From NCBI GenBank assembly GCA_963668175.1, contig OY764159.1, positions 480,001 through 544,000 on the forward strand: a stretch of 64,000 nt of DNA. Reading direction: 5' to 3'. This document shows positions 42,867 to 50,626 of the stretch, in pieces; within the stretch, counting starts at the first letter, position 1, and every line of letters begins with the position of its first letter. This DNA is from Syntrophales bacterium. Its GTDB lineage: Bacteria > Desulfobacterota > Syntrophia > Syntrophales > PHBD01. Under the pieces are notes generated by a model. The model was not told the DNA's origin. It saw only the letters and a list, made by a program, of their open reading frames with translations, and ran no database searches. A program made the translations under genes and the position numbers.

Positions 42867-43057
42867 ATATTCATTTCCCGCAGTATCGGGCATTCTATTG
42901 ATTTTTGTAGATAAATATTTTATTTATTTGCTATCCATTTCTTCATGCTATACAACTAGCCGATTGGATAATGCTTCATGTGTATGTGCTTTAATTGTCC
43001 TTGGTTTCCAGAAGACCTAGTCATTGATTCGATTTTGCCTTTAATGGAGGGAACAAG

Positions 43058-44674
43058 ATGGCAGATGCAGCAATTAAACCATCGGAATCGCTCACGCTAA
43101 TAGAATCAGATAAACCGAAAAAAGCGAAAGTTTTTGAGGAAATAAAGGCTCGTCAAACAGATGAATTGGTAATCGCTTTCTGCGGACCTCTCGGTAGTGG
43201 CGTCAGCACTGTGGCTAAAGAATTTGAAAAGAAAATTCGATCATATACCTATGGAACTCATTATTTAAAAGTTAGCAATTTGATTCGTCAGCATATCGAC
43301 TTGGTTCCTGGACATCCACCTATTCCTACAAGTGATAATCCTGCTGAGGTAATTGAGGCTCTACAAGATGCCGGCAATGCCCTAAGAAGAAAATATGGCA
43401 ATGATATTTTATCGCAGTTCGCGATTAATGAGATTGCTATAAAACGAGAAGACCTTGAAAAATCAGAAAATGCTAAAAAAGTAGAGGGGATAGAAAAAGC
43501 GGCAGAAGTTAAAGAAGAAGACTCAACTGTGAAATCAAAACCGCGACGGCATGTGACAGTCATTGACAGCATAAAACATCCCGAGGAAGTTGGACTGCTC
43601 AAAGCTGTTTATGGTAACATGTTTTATCTATTCGCGATATTATGCCCCGAACAGATTCGAAAACACCGCCTAAACGAACATAAGGACATTCCTGATGGTC
43701 AAGAAGTTGCTTTGATGAAAAGAGATAAGTCCGAATCGGAAGGCTTTGGACAGCAGTTACTAGACACCCTCCACTATGCTGATTTCTATATTCGTAACGC
43801 CGATGTGAATGTCACTTTACTGCAAGACAGCGTTAAGCGTTATATCGATCTAATACTTGGAGACCAATTTATCACGCCTTCCACTGATGAATACGCCATG
43901 TATTGCGCACAGTCGGCAGCGCTGAAATCATCTTGCCTTTCACGGCAGGTTGGTGCTGCGATTATGAGTGAAGACGGGGAATTAATATCAACGGGATGTA
44001 ATGACGTTCCGAAATGTGGTGGCGGATATTATTCCGAAAGAGACAAGGAAAATGATGGCAGATGCATGAAGTTATATGGTCAGCAATGCAAAAACCAAGA
44101 ATTCAAGGATAAAATTATTCAAGCTATCGAAAATGCTCTTTTGCCTTATCTCAGCGATGTCACAAAAAGAACGGAAGCTATGGATAAAATTAAAGAGATC
44201 GAAAGACTGAAAAATATTTTAGAATTCTCAAGGTCTGTCCACGCGGAAATGGACGCTATAGTCAACATCGCCCGTCTTGGCAACGCATCCTTAAGAAACG
44301 CGGCTCTCTATTGTACGACTTTTCCATGTCATCATTGTTCGCGCCATATAGTTGCATCTGGAATAACAAAAGTCTACTACATAGAACCTTACGAAAAAAG
44401 CTTGGCTCGACAATTACATAACGATGCTATTGATTTTGATCCTAAAGTTAATGGCTCCCCTGGAAATAAAGTCATTTTTATCCCCTTTGAGGGGGTCGCC
44501 CCGAGACAGTATATGAATCTTTTCAAAGCAGGTGAAAGAAAGGTAGGTGGTAAAAAAGTCGAACAAGATTTGACTCAATCCAAACCACGGGTTGTACAAC
44601 TTCTCGACACACACGTTGATTATGAGACAAAAGTTGTCAAACATGTTAAATTAATTATACAAAATAAGACTTGA
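43058..44674 (+). CDS. anti-phage dCTP/dCMP deaminase with N-terminal P-loop kinase (AvcD-like)
   Basis: GPLGSGVST P-loop, IDSIKHPEE, SSCLSRQVGA, HAEMDA and TTFPCHHC (HAE...PCxxC Zn site), FEGVAPR. Confidence 0.9.
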   Translation: MADAAIKPSESLTLIESDKPKKAKVFEEIKARQTDELVIAFCGPLGSGVSTVAKEFEKKIRSYTYGTHYLKVSNLIRQHIDLVPGHPPIPTSDNPAEVIEALQDAGNALRRKYGNDILSQFAINEIAIKREDLEKSENAKKVEGIEKAAEVKEEDSTVKSKPRRHVTVIDSIKHPEEVGLLKAVYGNMFYLFAILCPEQIRKHRLNEHKDIPDGQEVALMKRDKSESEGFGQQLLDTLHYADFYIRNADVNVTLLQDSVKRYIDLILGDQFITPSTDEYAMYCAQSAALKSSCLSRQVGAAIMSEDGELISTGCNDVPKCGGGYYSERDKENDGRCMKLYGQQCKNQEFKDKIIQAIENALLPYLSDVTKRTEAMDKIKEIERLKNILEFSRSVHAEMDAIVNIARLGNASLRNAALYCTTFPCHHCSRHIVASGITKVYYIEPYEKSLARQLHNDAIDFDPKVNGSPGNKVIFIPFEGVAPRQYMNLFKAGERKVGGKKVEQDLTQSKPRVVQLLDTHVDYETKVVKHVKLIIQNKT

Positions 44675-44772
44675 ATTTTTTTATCATCTGCTTTATCCAT
44701 TAGTGGATAGTAAATCTTATTATTTAAGGGGGAAGCTCATTTAATTTATTGCCTTGCTGAGAGGAGATAATT

Positions 44773-44988
44773 ATGAGCACTAAAATGAAAAAGAACACTA
44801 TGGCAGAACAGTTATCATTACCTCTCTTAGACATGACTTCAGATCATGTCCAGCTTACCATTACTCAGAATAATGTCGTAATGTTTGGTCACCATCATTC
44901 AAAATGTGAATTTTCGAAGCGCGATCTTCAAAAGCGAGAATTGATAATCAATAAGCTCATTGCGCACGCAGATAAATTAGGATGGTAG
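44773..44988 (+). CDS. small hypothetical protein with a QLSLPL motif
   Basis: GAGGAG RBS; co-oriented downstream of the deaminase. Confidence 0.6.
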   Translation: MSTKMKKNTMAEQLSLPLLDMTSDHVQLTITQNNVVMFGHHHSKCEFSKRDLQKRELIINKLIAHADKLGW

Positions 44989-45265
44989 ATACTCCCTAAG
45001 TTATTTTAGACCGATTCATCTTGCTACTGAACAACTTGTGGCAACTGTTGGATAGACAGCCTTGATTTCTTAAATTCAGACGTTATGGTCGTTGTTCTGT
45101 TTGACCGATGACTGAATATCTGTGATTGTTTTCTTGTTCTTTAGTCGATAAATTCATTCGCGGTCCAGCCAGCCCTGCCTCTAGATTTTCCCGTCTTGAC
45201 CCGGACCTTCAAGATCGTCCAACTCTTCTCAATAACAAGCACTCGTGTGCCTTTTGGAGTTGCCC

Positions 45266-46114
45266 CTATTTCACCGGACACTGTTCTAACTTATTTTGAT
45301 GTCTCCTATACTCCCTGGGCGACATCATTTTCAATCCCTTGTGCGGATGGTTTTCATTGTAGTCTAAGAACCATCCGGGCAGTTGCTTCATGACCGTTTC
45401 GGCATCAGTCAGGATATTCAGATGAATATAATCCCTCTTGAAGGTCTTGACAAAGGATTCGGCCATTCCGTTCGATTCCGGGCTATAGAACGGGGTCGTG
45501 CAAACCTCAAGCCCCATCATCTGCCCAAAGCTTTTCGTTTCCCTGGCGGTGTACGCAGGACCATTATCGCTCAGCCACTGGATTCTGTGAGGCAGCCGAT
45601 TGATCATACCGAAACGGGCCTCAATGGCTTCCGCCATCAAGTCCCTGACCATGTCGCCGGATACGCCCCCTGTCGTGGCTACATAACTCATGATTTCCCT
45701 GTCGCAACAATCCATGCTGAACGCTACCCGGAGACGGTCCCCATTCCAGCAGGCAATCTCAAACGCATCGGAACACCAACGAAGATCGCTCCGTCTCGTC
45801 GTGACCTTGCCCTCGTGAAGCCTTGCCGGCCTACCCGTATGCCGCTGAAGAAGCAGATTGTGCATCTTCATGAGACGATAAATCCGTTTGGGGTTAACTC
45901 CCGGATGCCCCTGACGTTCCAGAAACCTGTTGATTCTTGCCGTTACTCTCCGATAGCCGTAACTGGGACGATTATCAATAACCTGCCTGATCAGAAGAAG
46001 ATATCTGCCATCGTCGCCTCTCCTGTAATGGCGGCTTCTCGAATCGGCTTCCTTCCCTTGCCTTTCGTACTGCCGGGAACGGGAAACGTCCAGCGTATCG
46101 ACAACCGTCTTCAT
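45266..46114 (-). CDS. IS3-family transposase OrfB (DDE)
   Basis: YGYRRV, WCSD, LSDNGPAY, SNGMAESFVKTFKRDY. Confidence 0.95.
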   Translation of the reverse strand: MKTVVDTLDVSRSRQYERQGKEADSRSRHYRRGDDGRYLLLIRQVIDNRPSYGYRRVTARINRFLERQGHPGVNPKRIYRLMKMHNLLLQRHTGRPARLHEGKVTTRRSDLRWCSDAFEIACWNGDRLRVAFSMDCCDREIMSYVATTGGVSGDMVRDLMAEAIEARFGMINRLPHRIQWLSDNGPAYTARETKSFGQMMGLEVCTTPFYSPESNGMAESFVKTFKRDYIHLNILTDAETVMKQLPGWFLDYNENHPHKGLKMMSPREYRRHQNKLEQCPVK

Positions 46115-46488
46115 CGGGAATCGTCCTCCGGCAACAACGGCAACCGCGAGATCAGTTTTTTTTCACGGGCAATCCGGACAGCCTCTCTTAATATCTCCAC
46201 CTCCATTGTCTTTTTGCCCAGAAGACGCTCCAACTCCCGGATCTGCTTCTTCAGTTCTCTGGCTTCCGATGCAGGAACGACGCCTTCATCTGCACCAACC
46301 GCCGACAGAGCCCCTTCTTCGGCAAGCCTGCGCCAGTGGAACAACTGGTTCGGATGGATGTCATACTTCCGGGCTACAGCCGAGATGCTCATTCCCGGCT
46401 GCTCCGCCTCCCGCACCATCGACTTCTTCTCGGCAGCCGACCAGCGACGTCGCCTCTGTACACCGACGATCACTTCTACAGGAACCAT
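46111..46488 (-). CDS. IS3-family transposase OrfA (HTH)
   Basis: RRRWSAAEK, VARKYDIHPNQLFHWRR, ELERLLGKKTME; A8 run (46156-46163) is the candidate -1 frameshift site. Confidence 0.93.
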   Translation of the reverse strand: MVPVEVIVGVQRRRRWSAAEKKSMVREAEQPGMSISAVARKYDIHPNQLFHWRRLAEEGALSAVGADEGVVPASEARELKKQIRELERLLGKKTMEVEILREAVRIAREKKLISRLPLLPEDDSR

Positions 46489-47036
46489 AAACACCTTCTT
46501 TCTGGTTGTAGTAATATCTCTATATCTATTCCTACAACTTATTTCCAGATTCAAAGTGTCCGGTTCAATTGGGGGCTACTTCACTTTTTCGGCGAAGAAA
46601 CACTGTTGGATCAGGACCAGCTCTATCATTCCATCCCTGTCGTTCGCGACGGAAGCCTTAATCCAGTTGTCATAGGCATCTTGAGATACGCATAAGGCGA
46701 TCAGCTTGGGTTTGACAGTGCCTTCGGTTCCGACCATCGGCGCTGCTTGGGCAGTCGAGCAACAAATGAGAAGACATAATGCTGTGATGATTTTGTACAT
46801 GATAAGCTCCTTTCTGTATGGGGTGTTGTTATCCGCCTTCTCTGTTTCAAGGAAGATTCGTCGGCTTTCAGGATTTTGGGGATTGATGTTTGTGCGGGTG
46901 TTGAATTTAGGAACGGGTGTTTTTCGCCCATAATATCCGCGCGAAGGGCTCTGTCGTGCGGCAAGGTCATTTCTGAGGAAGCCACCCGGGGGTGGGTACC
47001 AGTCACTGGGGCAATCGTTCATCCGTTCCGCTTACG

Positions 47037-47723
47037 TTAGTTCCAGAGCCCTTTTATCTGTGATTGAATCGCTTCGTCCGTAACATCAGCGTAAACAAGA
47101 GTTGATTGTATCGACATATGCCGGAGCTGCTTCTGTACTGCCCGGAGGTCCTTCTCTTTGGAATACAGTTCGACGGCGTAGCTATGGCGCAGGGCATGAA
47201 CAGATTTTCCTTTCTCGTATAGATCAAGCTCCCGCAGATATTTTTTGACGATCTGCTGAATAGCTTGGGGCGTCCATGCCCCTCGCTGCCCGACAAAGAG
47301 ATGATCGTCATCGCCTACGGGCTCGCCCTGACTGATTTTCCACGCTTTAAACGCTTTAAAATGACGTTTAAGCGCTTCCGTAATAACGACATGCCCCGAT
47401 ATAGCCCCCTTACCTTTACGGACATGTATTTTGCTGTCGGCGTAGCCGATCTTTAAATCCCCGCAGCGGAGATCGGCTGCTTCGGATACCCGGAGACCCG
47501 CCGATGTCAATAAGTCGATCACCATCCATTCACGGATCGCCGTGACCTTGTTCTTCTGCACGTCAAGCTCTGCCTCTTCCCTTGCTCGTCGTCGGAGCAT
47601 CTTGATCTGCTGTGCGCTAAAGTACTTGATGCCGTCGACGCTTCGCCCTTGTTTGACTCGCGCCCTGCTTCTCGTTGTGACAGCAGGGAATCGAACGATA
47701 CTTGCCGTCTGATCCATGTTCAT
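47037..47723 (-). CDS. small tyrosine recombinase (essentially catalytic domain only; resolvase/invertase-like)
   Basis: GLRVSE, KGKG, HALRH, QLRH, TLVYA; 228 aa. Confidence 0.9.
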   Translation of the reverse strand: MNMDQTASIVRFPAVTTRSRARVKQGRSVDGIKYFSAQQIKMLRRRAREEAELDVQKNKVTAIREWMVIDLLTSAGLRVSEAADLRCGDLKIGYADSKIHVRKGKGAISGHVVITEALKRHFKAFKAWKISQGEPVGDDDHLFVGQRGAWTPQAIQQIVKKYLRELDLYEKGKSVHALRHSYAVELYSKEKDLRAVQKQLRHMSIQSTLVYADVTDEAIQSQIKGLWN

Positions 47724-47946
47724 GTGCTGGCTCCTTTCTGTGCTGATAAGTTTTCTGTTGAGTTTTTGCCCCCGATTGAGACGATAAAATCACGCTTTTC
47801 TGCTCCTAAGTGTTGGATACTCAATAGAAAAGAGTAATTTTATGTTGTCTTTCTCACAGATAGGAACGGGCTGTCAACCGGATTATTCCACAATATTGAA
47901 TAGATGGAGGTTATTCTGGGAGTGACTGGTTGATTAGTTGAAAATT

Positions 47947-47978
47947 AGCGGGAGGGTCAATATATCAACCCTCCCGCT
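47947..47978 (-). terminator. hairpin downstream of the DUF2188 gene
   Basis: AGCGGGAGGGT-N10-ACCCTCCCGCT. Confidence 0.65.
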
Positions 47979-47987
47979 TGTTGAAGT

Positions 47988-48218
47988 TTACCCTTTAGGG
48001 GGATATGGATCGTGACCGTGACTATCTCGCCAAGCTATTTTGCCGTCTTTGTTATGAACGATCATTTCGGTTTCCTGATGTTGGCTAATTTCTCGTGCAC
48101 GATCAACGGCATCCTGTTTATGATCAAAATGCCCAGAAGAGCGTTCCGATCCGCCTTTTCTTATATCCCAACCACCCTTGTCAGAGTTTGGCACAACGTG
48201 ATGAGAACCTTTTCCCAT
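47988..48218 (-). CDS. DUF2188-domain protein
   Basis: HHVVPN..GGWDIRKGGSERSS.HFD.KQDAVDRAREIS....E.IVHNKDGKI..RDSHG.DP.PPKG; GGAGG RBS before ATG 48218. Confidence 0.88.
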   Translation of the reverse strand: MGKGSHHVVPNSDKGGWDIRKGGSERSSGHFDHKQDAVDRAREISQHQETEMIVHNKDGKIAWRDSHGHDPYPPKG

Positions 48219-48310
48219 GGTGAATCCTCCGTTAGTTATTTGTGTCCCCTCTTTTGGAACCAGGCAGGGGACAAACCTGGGCCATGAGATCATGGCATAT
48301 TTTCAGCTAA

Positions 48311-48460
48311 TCACTTCTCGTAAACCGGAATTTTCCATGCCTTCAAACCATGATCCCTTGCGTAATCTCGGCGTCCATCTCTGCGGGTAACCCATATTCG
48401 ATAAATGAAGTATAGGATCCGGCGTCGCCTACTGTAATGATCGCTATGATCTCGATCCAT
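48311..48460 (-). CDS. 49-aa Arg/aromatic-rich small protein (below the ORF-track cutoff)
   Basis: MDRDHSDHYSRRRRILYFIYRIWVTRRDGRRDYARDHGLKAWKIPVYEK*; AAGG upstream; co-oriented between the ImmA and DUF2188 genes. Confidence 0.6.
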   Translation of the reverse strand: MDRDHSDHYSRRRRILYFIYRIWVTRRDGRRDYARDHGLKAWKIPVYEK

Positions 48461-48497
48461 GGAGACCTTGCCTTTCTCTGGAAAAGTAAAATATTGC

Positions 48498-48670
48498 TTG
48501 ACAAATTCGGCCCCGGTGATCTACTGAGAGACGGCTAAAAATAAATAAGGGTCGGCGGTCCGTGTCTCTGACACGATCAGAGAATTTCCCACACCGAAGA
48601 GGCTTCCAGAACCTTTGAATGTGGTCCGCTGATGACGAAAAATAAGGGGTCGGCAAACCCCTTATTTTTT
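48498..48670 (+). ncRNA. candidate structured small RNA with its own promoter and a bidirectional terminator
   Basis: TTGACA (48498-503)-16-TCTACT with TG; internal hairpins; terminator AAAAATAAGGGGT/ACCCCTTATTTTT (48638-48670). Confidence 0.4.
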
Positions 48671-49253
48671 ATCGTAATTTTAACGTCTTAAGTCGTGTTC
48701 TCACAAAAGCAGGATTTACATCGAACATCTCCGCGAAATCCTTATCAGAAAACCCCCTTTCATATCCTTTAACGACTAAATGCCTTGGCATAAGACATGA
48801 TCGTGCGAATTCCCAAGCCTGCCACTCAGGATCTTGGTACGTTTTAATCTGACTTTTCTCCACTCGATAAAGAATGTTCGTTTCCTCTTTCGATACAGCT
48901 CGGAAATAACTGAGAATTGGCACATGATGAATGCAATGAAATGATTCATGAGCAACCGTTGTTCTAAACCGCCGTAAGCCAGGTTTATGAGTTGCGTCGC
49001 TCAACGTTTTATCAACTATACTGATACGATTCACTGAGTCAGTATAACCGATAATCCCTGCCCCCAGATTCGAGAGATCAGTGTAGCCAGTCCTGACCTC
49101 ATGTTGTTCCGGGATGATGCACTCATAGAAGTATTCAATATCAACCGGTTCTTTTCCCTCCAATGCTCGCGGCTGAATCTCTTTGAGGACATCGATCACC
49201 ATTTTTTCTATATCGCGTCTGCGTAATCCCGGAACAACGGTAACCTTTTTCAT
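48669..49253 (-). CDS. ImmA/IrrE family Zn metallopeptidase
   Basis: RFRTTVAHESFH (HExxH), EWQAWEFARSCLMP, C-terminal FDVNPAFVRTRL. Confidence 0.9.
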   Translation of the reverse strand: MKKVTVVPGLRRRDIEKMVIDVLKEIQPRALEGKEPVDIEYFYECIIPEQHEVRTGYTDLSNLGAGIIGYTDSVNRISIVDKTLSDATHKPGLRRFRTTVAHESFHCIHHVPILSYFRAVSKEETNILYRVEKSQIKTYQDPEWQAWEFARSCLMPRHLVVKGYERGFSDKDFAEMFDVNPAFVRTRLKTLKLR

Positions 49254-49624
49254 TCTCGTTTCCTCGTGAGCGTTTCAAGAGCAGTCGTAAATGCTTTCTT
49301 CAATATCGCGTCATCAGAGGTATCTTCAACGGCGCGGCAAAATCCCCATGCTAAATCAGGATCAGAATTGTAAATCTTATCGATGATTGGCGAATTTTTT
49401 CTCATACGTTCCATCTGAGCCGATTCCTTTATCTTTTCGGAATCCAATCCTAAAACACTTGCCAGATTTTTTAGAATCTCCTCATTTTTCGGTGGTAATC
49501 GTCTTCCTGATTCGATCTCTGACCAAAAGCTTGGCTGCCCTCCTATCTCTTTACTGAGTTGCCGTAATGTCATTCCTTTTTGACGTCTCGCTTTTGCCAT
49601 GAGTTCACCGAAATTAATCTTCAT
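49250..49624 (-). CDS. XRE-family HTH repressor
   Basis: FGELMAKARRQKGMTLRQLSKEIG...SEIESGRRLPP; stop overlaps the peptidase start (ATGA). Confidence 0.9.
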   Translation of the reverse strand: MKINFGELMAKARRQKGMTLRQLSKEIGGQPSFWSEIESGRRLPPKNEEILKNLASVLGLDSEKIKESAQMERMRKNSPIIDKIYNSDPDLAWGFCRAVEDTSDDAILKKAFTTALETLTRKRE

Positions 49625-49659
49625 GAACTGACCTCCCTTCGATTTCGGTTTAGTTATTC

Positions 49660-49735
49660 ATTCACCTCCTTTGTGAATATCCTTATATTCCTTTTGAAAT
49701 TTCTTGTCAAGAAAAAATTCACATCGAATGTGAAC
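49660..49735. promoter_or_regulatory. two TTCAC-N7-GTGAA operators flanking the xre promoter
   Basis: ATTCAC-ctccttt-GTGAAT (49660-78) and ATTCAC-atcgaat-GTGAAC (49717-35); minus-strand TTGACA at 49710-49705. Confidence 0.6.
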
Positions 49736-50099
49736 GGCCTGTCAAGGTGAGCTTTCTTGGACGATCAGTTTTCCTCGGAGTCTTAATAACAGCCGTGATT
49801 TTCAGGGCTTTAGAAAGAAGGCGATGGGGTATGCTTTAGAATCCAGAAAATACTATTTGAAAAGAAAACCCTGGCGGCAAAAGAGGTCGATCTGGCAGGC
49901 TTCCATGTATCGGGGACAATCATAATCCGTCGCACTTTCAGTGATGGAATCATCCAGACACTGAATCCCTGCGAGGCAGTCTCCGACAGCATTCCTGCGA
50001 GAACACTCCTTCCCATTAGCTTATACTGATCGAGCATACTATTCGAAGCTACCCGGATTTTGGTCAGAATCCACTGGGGTGCCTCGTCTGAAACATACA

Positions 50100-50215
50100 G
50101 TGAATTACCCCGCCCCTTGGGGCGGGGTTTCTTAAACAATTTAACCTTAAGGGATTGCAACTCAAGCTTCGAATGCATCCCGGTCCATACGTTAATGTGT
50201 TCAATGAGTGGGCTT
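50100..50215 (-). mobile_element. orphan IS200/IS605 right end / TnpB reRNA-like remnant
   Basis: Minus strand reads GAAA-CCCCGCCCC-AA-GGGGCGGGG-TAA-TTCAC; upstream GGGAT-GCA/TGC-A-ATCCC hairpin; no tnpA or tnpB present. Confidence 0.5.
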
Positions 50216-50227
50216 TAATAAGCATCA

Positions 50228-50626
50228 TTATAAATTTTTCTTTCGATTTTTTATTTCCCATTCAATGCTATCGCTAAAAGCCTGTTCTAGTTTTTTGTAT
50301 TTCCTTACCGGCGGATTTCCTTGCATGAGGAATATTTGACCTTCCGGACCAAGCACCACCCATCCTACTGCTTGAAAAAATAGCCCACTTTTAAATTCAA
50401 ATGTATCGTATGCTAGGCGCTCGTTTGTGCGCATATCATCGACCATAACCGGCAATGTCATCGACGTAGGAAAGAACACACCGACTGAAATAAAGATATT
50501 TTTAATAGTTCCATCATGCTCTGGAGGATAATCATGGCTCCAATCGTGCGCCGCATTATCTTGCACGGTAACTCTGATGTTATAGCAGGAGAGATTTTTA
50601 ACCCATAAGCTTCCTAAAACTGACAT
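50228..50626 (-). CDS. hypothetical protein (132 aa)
   Basis: Strong AAAGGAGG RBS; no recognised motif. Confidence 0.65.
   Translation of the reverse strand: MSVLGSLWVKNLSCYNIRVTVQDNAAHDWSHDYPPEHDGTIKNIFISVGVFFPTSMTLPVMVDDMRTNERLAYDTFEFKSGLFFQAVGWVVLGPEGQIFLMQGNPPVRKYKKLEQAFSDSIEWEIKNRKKNL

Larger units (their letters stand above)
45255..46583 (-). mobile_element. IS3-family (IS2-like) insertion sequence, 1329 bp
   Basis: TG...CA ends with imperfect IRs (TGGAGTTGCCCCTATTTCACCGGACACT vs TGAAGTAGCCCCCAATTGAACCGGACACT); CTTT on both flanks; orfA/orfB. Confidence 0.93.
45141..46800 (-). pseudogene. secreted ~108-aa SH3-like protein interrupted by an IS (parts 46800-46584 and 45250-45141)
   Basis: Removing the IS and one CTTT copy restores MYKIITALCLLICCSTAQAA...QCFFAEK|GTRVLVIEKSWTILKVRVKTGKSRGRAGWTANEFID*; AGAAAGGAG RBS. 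Confidence 0.8.

Noticed and set aside
46806..47870. Short direct repeats GCTCCTTTCTGT and TAGGAACGGG on both sides of the small recombinase
   Set aside because: The first is the shared RBS context, the second is only 10 bp, and the spacing differs between copies.
48629..48642. CTGATGA-C-GAAA resembling a hammerhead ribozyme core
   Set aside because: There is no stem II between CTGATGA and GAAA, and no convincing stems I/III.
49810..50261. ORF-track ORFs of 122 aa and 65 aa
   Set aside because: No RBS or recognisable motifs, and they run through the IS-end-like hairpin. Treated as non-coding or remnant.
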